Of a stretch of DNA of 64,000 bases, positions 1 through 9,453 are shown one piece after another. The translations under genes were made by a program, and so were the position numbers. Each line of letters opens with the position of its first letter. The stretch's first letter is position 1. The DNA is from Flavobacteriales bacterium (GTDB lineage: Bacteria; Bacteroidota; Bacteroidia; Palsa-965), in assembly GCA_040377305.1 (NCBI GenBank), contig JBEIPA010000004.1:1-64000 (forward strand), written 5' to 3'. The notes beneath the pieces were generated by a model, which did not search any database, had not been told where the DNA came from, and saw nothing but the letters and a program-made list of their open reading frames with translations.

Positions 1-64
1 CCCCTCGCCACTATAACGAATAGTGTTAATGATAACCGCGGGCTTCAGCCCGTGGCACCGAGAA

Positions 65-1342
65 CTATTTCGGCACATAAATAATCTCCACAGCCCCACT
101 CTTCCCATTATCCGAAACCAAATTCACATTCCGCTTTTTCTTCCCGTCTTTTATTTGAATCGCTGCCGTGTTAGGCGGAATCGTTCCCAGGTTTTCTGCA
201 TACATCACCAAGATGTTACTTCCCGGTTTAAGCTTGACCGTAAATCGCTTCTTGCGTTTTTTCAAACGGAGATTTTTCTTGACGAGCTCATCATTCATGA
301 ACAGCGTTACAATATCTCCATCCACTTCGTTCCGATCCCACACGGTTACTTTAATACGCTTGTTGTGCACCGTGAAACTTTCCTGCACATCGACTTCACG
401 CGTGGTGTCGGTGCCTACGTAAATATCCACCGGCTTCGTAGTGTCAATCTCTTTCTCCTTCGGCTTGAAGTTGAATGTGTATCGCATATTCAACATATAC
501 GTTGAGCCGTAATACGTCGTGTTCGATACACCTACAGACGTGTTGTTCTGCTTAAACTCATATTGATCCGTATACGTTTTCTCGAACGGCACGTGCGCAA
601 CAAATCCGAAATCGAACGAGCGATCCCAATCGGGACTGAATGTTCTCACGCCTACCTCAACGCTTAGCATAGAACTCGTACGGCTTGCCTGAACAGTAGT
701 GGCCAACATCCCGGTTCCGTTCTCCGACCAATCTTCGAAGCGACCCAGCTGAATTTTTTCGGTGAAATTGCGGTGATTAAACGATTGTGAAAACATGCCG
801 CGTACATAAAAGAAATCCGGTCCCGCAGCGCTGAATAGATTTCCGGTAGAGAATGAACATTGATACGCGATGCCGTAATTCCAGTATTTGTCGGTCATCA
901 CCCAATTGCCGAATGTGTCTCCCCGATGTGAAAAGAAAAACGGCGACTGAAACGAGTAACACGCTTTGTTGTGTTCGAACTTTCCCTCGAAGGTGTGAAA
1001 TACAGTTCCTTTGCTGTTCGAGAGAATTGTCCCGGCAGAAATTCCAAGAGATGTATTTGCGGTAATCGATACTCTTCTGCGTCCGCTGTTATCGGTAAGA
1101 ATGTTTATCCCGAAATTATTACCCATGCGCGAGAACTGTGCCGATCCGCTCGTCTGCATTGTGGAACTCGGAGAATATCCAACCATTCCACCGTGAATGC
1201 CCAAGGTCCATTGGCGACGAGGCGCTTCAGGTTCCTGAAATCCGGATTGCGGTGCAGGTGGTGGCGATGCGACTTGCGAGTGCCCGAAATTGCAGCACAG
1301 AACAAAAAAGAGGGAAACAACAATACGCACCAGCTGAAGCAT
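65..1342 (-). CDS. Secreted/outer-membrane protein: beta-strand-rich N-terminal region plus C-terminal beta-sandwich domain (DGDIVTL...LGTIPPNTA)
   Basis: 425-aa ORF with signal peptide; alternating aromatic strands; C-terminal motif of a type I recall from Bacteroidota hypothetical proteins. Confidence 0.6.
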   Translation of the reverse strand: MLQLVRIVVSLFFVLCCNFGHSQVASPPPAPQSGFQEPEAPRRQWTLGIHGGMVGYSPSSTMQTSGSAQFSRMGNNFGINILTDNSGRRRVSITANTSLGISAGTILSNSKGTVFHTFEGKFEHNKACYSFQSPFFFSHRGDTFGNWVMTDKYWNYGIAYQCSFSTGNLFSAAGPDFFYVRGMFSQSFNHRNFTEKIQLGRFEDWSENGTGMLATTVQASRTSSMLSVEVGVRTFSPDWDRSFDFGFVAHVPFEKTYTDQYEFKQNNTSVGVSNTTYYGSTYMLNMRYTFNFKPKEKEIDTTKPVDIYVGTDTTREVDVQESFTVHNKRIKVTVWDRNEVDGDIVTLFMNDELVKKNLRLKKRKKRFTVKLKPGSNILVMYAENLGTIPPNTAAIQIKDGKKKRNVNLVSDNGKSGAVEIIYVPK

Positions 1343-1506
1343 TGTTGTAAATATAGAAAGGATCGGAATAACACGATCCTTTCGACCATTTCAAATTTTG
1401 AATTCTGTTATTGCCCCGCTCGTTTGGTATCAGCACATCCAAATTACAGACGGACCGGTTTCTACTGCGAAACTGATCATTGCACGGTAGTCTGCAAAAC
1501 GGTGAC

Positions 1507-1680
1507 CGTCATTGCGAGGAACGAAGCAATCCCATGATGGGAGTACCCAGTAACAGAAATCTTGATCGAGGAACGCCGCAAGCCGTTTTGCTGCAACACG
1601 GCCTCCGTTGACCGCTCAAGTTTCGTGACACCACGGTACCGCCTCATGAGATCGCTTCGTCGTTCCTCCTCGCGATGACG
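1507..1680. repeat. REP/REPIN-like long imperfect palindrome
   Basis: CGTCATTGCGAGGAACGAAGCAATCC (1507-1532) pairs with GAGATCGCTTCGTCGTTCCTCCTCGCGATGACG (1648-1680); nested inner pairings. Confidence 0.7.
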
Positions 1681-1709
1681 GTATCGTGCTGCTTTCGTAC
1701 CTTCGTCCT

Positions 1710-2126
1710 ATGTCTGATTCCATCGATTCTTCCAAAGCTCCCGAGCCGGTTGGTTTATATCCGCACGCAAAACGCGTAGGCAATTTGTTATTTCTCTCCG
1801 GCGTTGGTCCACGCGAACGCGGCACGAAAATAATTCCGGGAGTTGACCTCGACGACACGGGAAAAATTGCTTCTTACGATATCGAAAAACAGTGTCGTAG
1901 TGTTTTCCAGAACGTGAAATACATTCTCGAAGATGCAGGCAGCTCCTGGAACAACATCGTTGACGTTACCGTGTTCCTCACGAACATGAAAGACGATTTT
2001 CCGATCTACAACAAACTGTGGGCAGAATACTTCGCGAACAATCCGCCATGCAGAACTACTTTGGAAATCAATTGCCTTCCAACACCCATTGCTATCGAAC
2101 TCAAAGTCATTGCAACCATTGGCTAA
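1710..2126 (+). CDS. RidA/YjgF family enamine-imine deaminase (2-aminomuconate deaminase-like)
   Basis: APEPVGLYPHAKRVGNLLFLSG, NKLWAEYF, PPCRTT, IELKVIA motifs; ATG at 1710. Confidence 0.9.
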   Translation: MSDSIDSSKAPEPVGLYPHAKRVGNLLFLSGVGPRERGTKIIPGVDLDDTGKIASYDIEKQCRSVFQNVKYILEDAGSSWNNIVDVTVFLTNMKDDFPIYNKLWAEYFANNPPCRTTLEINCLPTPIAIELKVIATIG

Positions 2127-2138
2127 CAAATAACCCCA

Positions 2139-2813
2139 TTGGAAATCGGAAATCGGAAATCAGCTAATCGGTTAGGTATTCTCCTCTTCATATTCATCTT
2201 GAGCTGTACCTCCTGCGAACGTCGCCAGCAAATCATTGCACAAGGAACTTTCGTGGATGTAGACAGCACAGTTTATCAATGGAAAGAATACATGCATCAG
2301 GATTCCTTCTTTCGGGAAGTAACCACGCAGGGAAAAATTATTACCATTGGCAAAAGCAAAACACAACAGGAATTTCGCGACAGCACATTCAGCGAAACAG
2401 ATTTCTATCCGAATGGAAAACAGAAAGCTTCACGCAACTTCATTTCCGGCAAACAAAAAGGAGTTTGGAAGTCGTGGTACGAAGACGGAAAAACAAAATC
2501 TGCTAGTGTTGTAGATGGTCGCACTCTTCGCGATTACCTTTCGTACTACGATAATGGTTCTATTGCAGTTACTGCTTCCACTGCTGTAAACGGAACAATG
2601 TCGCGCACAGATCGCTGGAGAAATGGCAATCTGAAAGAAGAATTTGTTACCGACAGTCTGGGTAACGGAAAGTGCACCAACTATTTCGAGAACGGAAAGA
2701 AGCAACAGGAAGGATCTTTAGTGCGTTTCACTCCTGCGGGCGATTGGTTGCGTTGGGACTCTTTGGGTAATTCACTAAGCGACACGACGTATGGGCAGCC
2801 GATCACTTTCTGA
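2139..2813 (+). CDS. MORN-variant repeat lipoprotein
   Basis: Repeated FYPNG/WYEDG/YYDNG/YFENG units; lipobox-like LSCTSC; start uncertain. Confidence 0.7.
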   Translation: MEIGNRKSANRLGILLFIFILSCTSCERRQQIIAQGTFVDVDSTVYQWKEYMHQDSFFREVTTQGKIITIGKSKTQQEFRDSTFSETDFYPNGKQKASRNFISGKQKGVWKSWYEDGKTKSASVVDGRTLRDYLSYYDNGSIAVTASTAVNGTMSRTDRWRNGNLKEEFVTDSLGNGKCTNYFENGKKQQEGSLVRFTPAGDWLRWDSLGNSLSDTTYGQPITF

Positions 2814-4260
2814 GCATAGTCCATTGCTTTTTACCTGCGCGCTTTTCGCTGCACTGGTTGTTCCTGCGCTTTTTATGGATGGCATGTTCATGGATGGTGT
2901 TTTCTATTCTTCCATCAGCCGGAACTTTGCAGAAGGTGATGGTTCGTTGTGGAATATGAAATACAGCGACACCTATTTTCCGGTCATGCATGAACAACCT
3001 CCGTTGATGTTTGTGCTCCAGGGATTTTTCTTCAAAATACTCGGCGACTCCATATTCACTGAGCGTATTTACTGTGTTGTTGCGGGAATCGCGAATACAA
3101 TTGCGCTCTTACAATGCTGGAATATCATCACAGGCGCGACAGAAAAAAAGCAAAGTACATCCTGGCTTCCCTTACTGTTATGGGTCATCATGCCGGTTAC
3201 GTTCTATGCATTCATCAACAATCTGGAAGAATGTACGATGACATTCTTCGTGCTAATGGCGTTTCGCTCCATACTCAAAGCGATACTCGTTAGTCCGGAA
3301 AAAAACATCCACTGGATTCTTGCCGGCGTGTGGATACTCGCAGCGGGACTTACCAAGGGTGTACAAGGTATGTTTCTGCTTTCAGCTCCGTTCTGGTGTT
3401 GGATCGTGCTTCAAAACGGAACGTTCAAAGAATTCATGAAACGTTCTGTACTCGTTGCACTGGTTCCCGTTTTGTTCGCAGTCATTGCGTGGCTTACTCC
3501 GGTTATACACGATAGTTTTGCCGCGTACTTCAGCTCGCGATTCGGAAAAACTTTCGACGGAGTAACAGCGAACAGTTCAAATCACTTTCACATTTTATTT
3601 GAGTTGCTCATCGATACACTTCCAACCATGGGTGTGATGTTCATCTTCTTCATCGTGGGCAGAAAAACAGATGGACTGATTTCGCAACTGAAAAAGAATA
3701 CACGTCTCATCCTGTTTATTCTTGCCTGTGGCTTCTCCGGAATTCTTCCGCTCATGGTCACGCTGGAGCAACGTGGCTTTTACCTCGTTACCGCTTTACC
3801 AATTCTTGCAATAGCCTGCGCGTTAACCATTCAACCTGCAGCTGTGCGACTAACAAACTATTTCTCCGCTAAACCTGTCCGCAGAATCATCCTGACTGGC
3901 TTTGGCACTTTGATCTTGGCGGGAACAATCGTCGCAACCATTTTATTCGCGGGAAAACCAAAACGCGATGCTGAAAATATTGCCGCTTTGCATGAGATAG
4001 CAGCAATAACGGGCGAACGTCAGATAGTCGGTTGCGATCCCAGTATCGAGTCCGATTGGCCATTCATGTGCTACGGTCAACGCTACCACAAGTTCTCATT
4101 CGTCAATCTCGGCGACCCCAGACCCACGTGGTTCATTCTTCGCAAAGGAGGCTCTCCTCCACCAAATACGGCGCAAATTTCTCTGAATTCGCTATTTTTT
4201 GACCTTTACATGAAGTCCGATTCCATAGACTCCAGGCGTAGTAATGATCTGCTACGCTAA
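2791..4260 (+). CDS. GT-C fold membrane glycosyltransferase (ArnT/PMT-like)
   Basis: Multi-TM; MFMDGVFY, HEQPPL and LTKG motifs. Confidence 0.8.
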   Translation: MGSRSLSEHSPLLFTCALFAALVVPALFMDGMFMDGVFYSSISRNFAEGDGSLWNMKYSDTYFPVMHEQPPLMFVLQGFFFKILGDSIFTERIYCVVAGIANTIALLQCWNIITGATEKKQSTSWLPLLLWVIMPVTFYAFINNLEECTMTFFVLMAFRSILKAILVSPEKNIHWILAGVWILAAGLTKGVQGMFLLSAPFWCWIVLQNGTFKEFMKRSVLVALVPVLFAVIAWLTPVIHDSFAAYFSSRFGKTFDGVTANSSNHFHILFELLIDTLPTMGVMFIFFIVGRKTDGLISQLKKNTRLILFILACGFSGILPLMVTLEQRGFYLVTALPILAIACALTIQPAAVRLTNYFSAKPVRRIILTGFGTLILAGTIVATILFAGKPKRDAENIAALHEIAAITGERQIVGCDPSIESDWPFMCYGQRYHKFSFVNLGDPRPTWFILRKGGSPPPNTAQISLNSLFFDLYMKSDSIDSRRSNDLLR

Positions 4261-4392
4261 ATTGGCGATCCCCAAAGTTCCTATCTCCAGTCACCCGACT
4301 CCCGTCTCCCATCTCTTTTCTTAACTTCGTTCCCCCAAATGAAATCGTGACATGTACAGTCAGGATTCGCCAATGCAAAAGGGACCAGCAGT

Positions 4393-7300
4393 ATGAGTAA
4401 AAAGTACCCGGAATATGAGTCGTTGAACCTTCCTTCCATCGCAGAAAAAGTGCTGAAGGATTGGGAAGAAAATAAAATTTTCGAGAAGAGCATTTCTTCG
4501 CGTGAAGGAAAAGATCCGTTCGTGTTTTACGAAGGACCGCCTTCTGCAAATGGAATTCCCGGTATTCACCACGTGATGGCGCGTGCGATGAAAGATATTT
4601 TTTGCCGTTACCAAACGCTGAAAGGCCGTCAGGTAAAACGCAAAGCTGGTTGGGATACGCACGGACTTCCTATCGAGTTGAGTGTAGAAAAAACACTGGG
4701 CATCACGAAAGAAGATATCGGCAAGAAAATTTCAATTGAAGATTACAACAAAGCTTGTCGCACCGAGGTGATGAAGTACACACACCTGTGGGAAGAAGTA
4801 ACGAAGAAAATGGGTTACTGGGTCGACATGAGCGATCCGTATATCACTTACGAAAACACGTACATCGAAAGTGTATGGTATCTCCTGCAGCAATTGTACA
4901 ACAAGAAAATGTTGTATCAGGGCTACACGATACAGCCATACTCTCCAGCTGCAGGAACAGGATTGTCATCTCACGAATTGAATCAGCCGGGATGCTACAA
5001 GAATGTGAAAGACCGAACGGCGACGGCAATGTTCAAAGTGGTTCCAGGTTCTAAGTTCTCGGTTCCAGGTTCAGAAACATTTGTTCTCGCATGGACAACC
5101 ACACCGTGGACACTTCCGTCGAATACTGCATTGGCTGTTGGTGAAAAAATCGAGTACGCGCTAGTAAAAACATTCTCTCCGTTTACGCACGAAGCCGTGT
5201 GCGTTATTCTCGCGAAAGATCTCGTTGGAAAATATTTTCCGGAGAAAAATGCAGAGCTTGATTTCGCTGCATACAAACCGGGCGACAAAGCAATTCCATT
5301 CGCAATTGTCGGCACATACAAAGGTTCCGATCTCGTAGGATTGAAATACGAGCAACTGCTTCCGTATGTTCTTCCGTTCGAAGATTCAGACAAAGCGTTT
5401 CAGGTTATTGCGGGCGATTTCGTGTCTACTTCTGATGGAACAGGAATCGTACACATCGCTCCTACGTTCGGTGCAGATGACATGCGTGCTGCGAAAAATG
5501 CAGGCGTGCCTCCAATGCTCGTTCTTGACGAAACAGGAAAAGCAGTTCCACTCGTTGATTTGCGCGGACGCTTTCGCTCGGAGATGAACGAGTTTGCGGG
5601 CGAGTACGTGAAAGCTGATTATCTCACCGACAAAGAAAGAGCGAGTGAGATCGAACGTTTGAAATCGCTTTCAGGAAATGCGTTGAATGAACTTGTATCG
5701 AGAATTGTAACGCGCACCAACGAATACCTGAGTGTCGATGAGCGTCTTGTGCTGAAACTCGAACAGGAAGGAAAACTTTTCAAGAAAGAAACCTACGAAC
5801 ACAACTACCCGCATTGCTGGCGTACAGATAAGCCGGTGTTGTATTATCCGCTCGACAGCTGGTTCGTCAAAGCGTCTTCGATGAAGGAACGCATGGGTGA
5901 ACTGAATAAAACCATCAACTGGAAACCGGAAAGCACAGGAACAGGTCGCTTTGGTGAATGGCTCAACAATTTGCAGGACTGGAACCTTTCCCGTTCGCGT
6001 TACTGGGGAATCCCATTGCCGATCTGGACAAGCGAAGACAAATCAGAAGAGATTTGCATTGGTTCAGCGGAGCAGCTCAAGAATGAAATTGATCGTTCGG
6101 TGAAAGCCGGATACATGCAAAATAATCCGCTGGAGAAATTCACTCCGGGAGATTTCTCGAAAGCTAATTACAACACATTCGATCTTCACCGTCCGTATGC
6201 CGATGATATTATCCTCGAGCGAAACGGAAAGAAATTATTCCGCCAGGCCGATCTGATCGACGTTTGGTTCGACTCCGGTGCAATGCCGTATGCACAGTTG
6301 CACTATCCGTTCGAGAACAAAGAGCTAATTGATAACCGCGGTTACTTTCCGGCAGATTTCATTGCTGAAGGCGTTGACCAGACACGCGGATGGTTCTACA
6401 CGCTGCACGCAATTGCAGTAATGCTCTTCGACAGTGTTGCGTACAAAAACGTTATTTCAAACGGACTCGTTCTCGACAAGAATGGAAACAAAATGTCGAA
6501 ACGTCTCGGCAATACCGTTGATCCGTTCGCAACATTGGACAAATATGGTCCTGATGCAACGCGTTGGTACATGGTTACGAACGCATCGCCGTGGGACAAT
6601 CTGAAATTCGATATCGAAGGAATTACCGAAGTGCAGCGCAAGTTTTTCGGCACGCTGTACAACACGTATTCATTCTTCGCGCTATATGCAAACATCGACG
6701 GCTTTGTTGTTGATGCGAAAACATACATCGCGGTGAAAGATCGCCCGGAATTAGATCGGTGGATCATTTCACGTTTGCACAGTCTCATCAAATTCGTGAC
6801 TGAAAAGCTCGACGATTATGACCCAACACCAGCTGCACGTGCGATCGACTCGTTTGTCGATGAGCATTTGTCGAACTGGTACGTACGACTTTCACGTCGC
6901 CGTTTCTGGAAGGGTGAGATGAGCACCGATAAGCAAGCTGCGTATCAAACGCTTTACGAGTGTTTGGGTGGCATTGCGCAATTGATGAGTCCTTTCGCCC
7001 CGTTCTTCAGCGACTGGCTGTTTAAGAGCCTTACTGCACCGGTTACGGACACCATGCCTGTTCCGGAGTCCATTCACTTATCGCTTTTGCTCAAAGCAGA
7101 TGCTTCCGCAATTGATTCTGAGTTGGAGGAACGCATGGCGATCGCCCAAAAGGTGACCTCGCTTGTGCATTCTTTGCGTAAGGAAAAGAAGATTCGTGTT
7201 CGTCAACCGCTTGAACGTGTGATGATTCCGGTATTGGATCCACTGTTCAGCGAGCGTTTGCATAAGATTGAGCACCTTATTCTGGCCGAAACCAACGTTC

Positions 7301-7869
7301 GAAAGATCGAATATGTGACGGAGACCGGAATCTTTGTAAAGAAAGTTAAGCCCGATTTCAAGGCTTTGGGTAAGAAGCTTGGTAAGAACATGAAGGCAGC
7401 GGCTGATGCAATTGCGGCTTTGACTACGGAGCAGGTGAACGCTTTTGAGCAGAATGGTTTTGTTGAACTGGCTTTGGGTGCCGAAACCGTACGCGTGGAA
7501 AGATCTGAGGTTGAGATACTTGTGGACGATTTGCCGGGCTGGGAAGTTGCCGTAGAAGGAAATGTAACTGTTGCACTCGACGTAACATTGAGTGCAGAAT
7601 TGATTGAAGAGGGTCTCGCGAGAGAGCTGATTAATCGCATTCAGAACATCCGGAAAGAGAGCGGATTTGAGGTGACGGATAAGATTGACGTGCGAATAAA
7701 AGAGCATAAAATTCTTGCGCCCGCTGTAAGAAATAATTTCGATTATATTTGCTCTGAAACTCTTGCTACATCACTCGAATTAGTGAGTGAAATATCTGAG
7801 AAGAATGCGACTCCGATTGATGTAGATGACAATGTCACAACAGTAATTTACATATCTAAACACAACTAA
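4393..7869 (+). CDS. ileS: Isoleucyl-tRNA synthetase (type 2)
   Basis: EGPPSANG..GIHH, GWDTHGLP, WTTTPWTLPSN, DWNLSRSRYWG, GVDQTRGWF, KMSKR. Confidence 0.98.
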   Translation: MSKKYPEYESLNLPSIAEKVLKDWEENKIFEKSISSREGKDPFVFYEGPPSANGIPGIHHVMARAMKDIFCRYQTLKGRQVKRKAGWDTHGLPIELSVEKTLGITKEDIGKKISIEDYNKACRTEVMKYTHLWEEVTKKMGYWVDMSDPYITYENTYIESVWYLLQQLYNKKMLYQGYTIQPYSPAAGTGLSSHELNQPGCYKNVKDRTATAMFKVVPGSKFSVPGSETFVLAWTTTPWTLPSNTALAVGEKIEYALVKTFSPFTHEAVCVILAKDLVGKYFPEKNAELDFAAYKPGDKAIPFAIVGTYKGSDLVGLKYEQLLPYVLPFEDSDKAFQVIAGDFVSTSDGTGIVHIAPTFGADDMRAAKNAGVPPMLVLDETGKAVPLVDLRGRFRSEMNEFAGEYVKADYLTDKERASEIERLKSLSGNALNELVSRIVTRTNEYLSVDERLVLKLEQEGKLFKKETYEHNYPHCWRTDKPVLYYPLDSWFVKASSMKERMGELNKTINWKPESTGTGRFGEWLNNLQDWNLSRSRYWGIPLPIWTSEDKSEEICIGSAEQLKNEIDRSVKAGYMQNNPLEKFTPGDFSKANYNTFDLHRPYADDIILERNGKKLFRQADLIDVWFDSGAMPYAQLHYPFENKELIDNRGYFPADFIAEGVDQTRGWFYTLHAIAVMLFDSVAYKNVISNGLVLDKNGNKMSKRLGNTVDPFATLDKYGPDATRWYMVTNASPWDNLKFDIEGITEVQRKFFGTLYNTYSFFALYANIDGFVVDAKTYIAVKDRPELDRWIISRLHSLIKFVTEKLDDYDPTPAARAIDSFVDEHLSNWYVRLSRRRFWKGEMSTDKQAAYQTLYECLGGIAQLMSPFAPFFSDWLFKSLTAPVTDTMPVPESIHLSLLLKADASAIDSELEERMAIAQKVTSLVHSLRKEKKIRVRQPLERVMIPVLDPLFSERLHKIEHLILAETNVRKIEYVTETGIFVKKVKPDFKALGKKLGKNMKAAADAIAALTTEQVNAFEQNGFVELALGAETVRVERSEVEILVDDLPGWEVAVEGNVTVALDVTLSAELIEEGLARELINRIQNIRKESGFEVTDKIDVRIKEHKILAPAVRNNFDYICSETLATSLELVSEISEKNATPIDVDDNVTTVIYISKHN

Positions 7870-7882
7870 ACCTTCCCTACCA

Positions 7883-8380
7883 ATGGCTAAAAAGTCAAAG
7901 AAAGGCGGCGCGAAGAAAGCTAAACCTGCTAAGAAAAAAGCTGCTAATAAAAAAGCAACTAAGAAAGCATCTAAGCCGAAAAAAGCTGCAAAGAAACCCG
8001 CAAAGAAAAAAGCAACTAAGAAGGCTGCAAAGCCTAAAAAAGTAGCTAAGAAAAAAGTGGCTAAGAAAGCTGCTCCGAAGAAAGCAACTAAGAAAACGGC
8101 TAAGCCTGCTAAGAAAGCTGCTGCTCCTAAGGCTGCTCCAAAAGCAAAAGCTCCTGCTGCACCTAAGGCTGCAAAACCAGCTCCTGCTCCAAAGCCAGCT
8201 CCAAAGCCGGTTGAACAGAAGCCAGTCCCTGCTCCTGCTCCAGCTGCAACAAATCACGATGATGATGAGATGAACAACGCTGACGAGGCGATTGATCTGA
8301 ACGAAGACTCAACTGAAATTCCTGAAGAAGGTGCAGACGAGGTTGACGGAGAAGAGCGTGGTGCGTTCGATCATTTCTAA
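7883..8380 (+). CDS. Histone H1-like Lys/Ala/Pro-rich protein with acidic C-terminal tail
   Basis: AKKAAK/KPA low-complexity repeats followed by a D/E-rich tail; codon choice typical of highly expressed genes. Confidence 0.8.
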   Translation: MAKKSKKGGAKKAKPAKKKAANKKATKKASKPKKAAKKPAKKKATKKAAKPKKVAKKKVAKKAAPKKATKKTAKPAKKAAAPKAAPKAKAPAAPKAAKPAPAPKPAPKPVEQKPVPAPAPAATNHDDDEMNNADEAIDLNEDSTEIPEEGADEVDGEERGAFDHF

Positions 8381-8402
8381 ATTTTACTGAGTTACAATTA
8401 CT

Positions 8403-9080
8403 ATGGCCAAGAAAGCAAACAATAAACCTTCCGGTAAGGCCAAAAAATCGGCAACTAAGAAAGCGGCTCCGGCAAAAAAATCCGGAGCTGCTAAATCTAA
8501 AGCTGCTGTTAAACCGAAATCAAAGCCAGCTGCAAAGCCGGTAAAAGCCAAAGCAAAACCAGCAGCGAAAGTTGCTGCTAAACCTGCCGCTAAAGCGTCG
8601 AAGCCTGCTCCAAAAGCTGCTGCTGCGAAGCCTGTGCAGAATGTAAAAGTTGCTTTGAGCCGTCCAGTTGCTCACATCGCGAAAAAATCGAACCTGCCGG
8701 AAGATAACCGCAGCCGATATGCCGATGCAGAGCTGAAAGAGTTCAAGACACTCATTCACAAGAAGCTTGAAGAAGCTACCCGCGATTACGAGTTGCTGAA
8801 AAACACACTTTCGCACAAAGACGATCACGGCACCGACGATACTTCACCAACTTTCAAGTTGCTGGAAGACGGATCTGACGTACTCTCTAAAGAGGAAACT
8901 GCACATCTTGCAGCCCGCCAGGAGAAATACATCCAGAACCTGAAAAACGCACTCATCCGTATCGAGAACAAAACGTACGGCATTTGTCGCGTTACCGGCA
9001 AGCTGATTCCTAAAGAGCGCCTTCGCAGCGTACCTCATGCAACATTGAGCATCGACGCGAAACTCGGACAGAACCGCTAA
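8403..9080 (+). CDS. dksA: TraR/DksA family regulator with ~100-aa basic N-terminal extension
   Basis: RYADAELKEFK..GTDDTSPTFK..ALIRIENKTYGICRVTGKLIPKERLRSVPHATLSI; lies downstream of ileS as usual in Bacteroidota. Confidence 0.9.
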   Translation: MAKKANNKPSGKAKKSATKKAAPAKKSGAAKSKAAVKPKSKPAAKPVKAKAKPAAKVAAKPAAKASKPAPKAAAAKPVQNVKVALSRPVAHIAKKSNLPEDNRSRYADAELKEFKTLIHKKLEEATRDYELLKNTLSHKDDHGTDDTSPTFKLLEDGSDVLSKEETAHLAARQEKYIQNLKNALIRIENKTYGICRVTGKLIPKERLRSVPHATLSIDAKLGQNR

Positions 9081-9129
9081 ACAGAAGGCATCTTGCAGTA
9101 ATGCTGGAGGCAGTCGAAGAATAATTTTT

Positions 9130-9164
9130 AAAACCCGGAGAGAAATCTCCGGGTTTTGTTTTTT
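9130..9164 (+). terminator. Intrinsic terminator after dksA
   Basis: AAAACCCGGAGA-GAAA-TCTCCGGGTTTT followed by T-tract. Confidence 0.85.
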
Positions 9165-9193
9165 ACACCCCCTACATCATCCGAAGGATGATT

Positions 9194-9320
9194 AAGCCCC
9201 TCTCTTTTGGAGAGGGGTTGGGGTGAGGCGCTTTGAATCTCGAAGAGCCCACCCCAATCCAAAATCAACCACAGCTCACAAATAAGCCCATCTCTTATGG
9301 AGAGGGCTTGGGGTGAGGCG
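9194..9320. repeat. Two direct copies of REP-like AAGCCCC..TCTCTT.TGGAGAGGG.TTGGGGTGAGGCGC
   Basis: Near-identical ~37-nt units at ~9194-9231 and ~9284-9321. Confidence 0.75.
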
Positions 9321-9453
9321 CCAAGACCACTTGCGCCGAGCCTCGCGCGTCTTACAAAACTTCCCGTTTTCTTACATCCGTCAGTTCTCCCGCCGAATCG
9401 GTTACCCCACCGGACATGGTCGGCCTAGATTTGCCTCAACAAACAAAACAAAC

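Noticed and set aside
2139-2813. YwqK-like antitoxin label for the MORN-repeat protein
   Set aside because: No adjacent toxin; lipoprotein-like signal; MORN-variant repeats are generic
4261-4392. T-box riboswitch upstream of ileS
   Set aside because: Leader is only ~130 nt, mostly heptamer repeat, with no T-box consensus or terminator
7895-8828. Antisense Phe/Ser/Leu-rich ORFs (7895-8257, 8520-8828)
   Set aside because: Mirror images of Lys/Ala-rich sense genes
9194-9320. Possible mini-CRISPR (two ~37-nt direct repeats)
   Set aside because: Only two imperfect units of a REP-like palindrome; no cas genes or regular array anywhere in the window
9313-9453. N-terminal extension of the PKD ORF in the ORF track
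   Set aside because: Starts inside the REP; the signal peptide begins at ATG 9454
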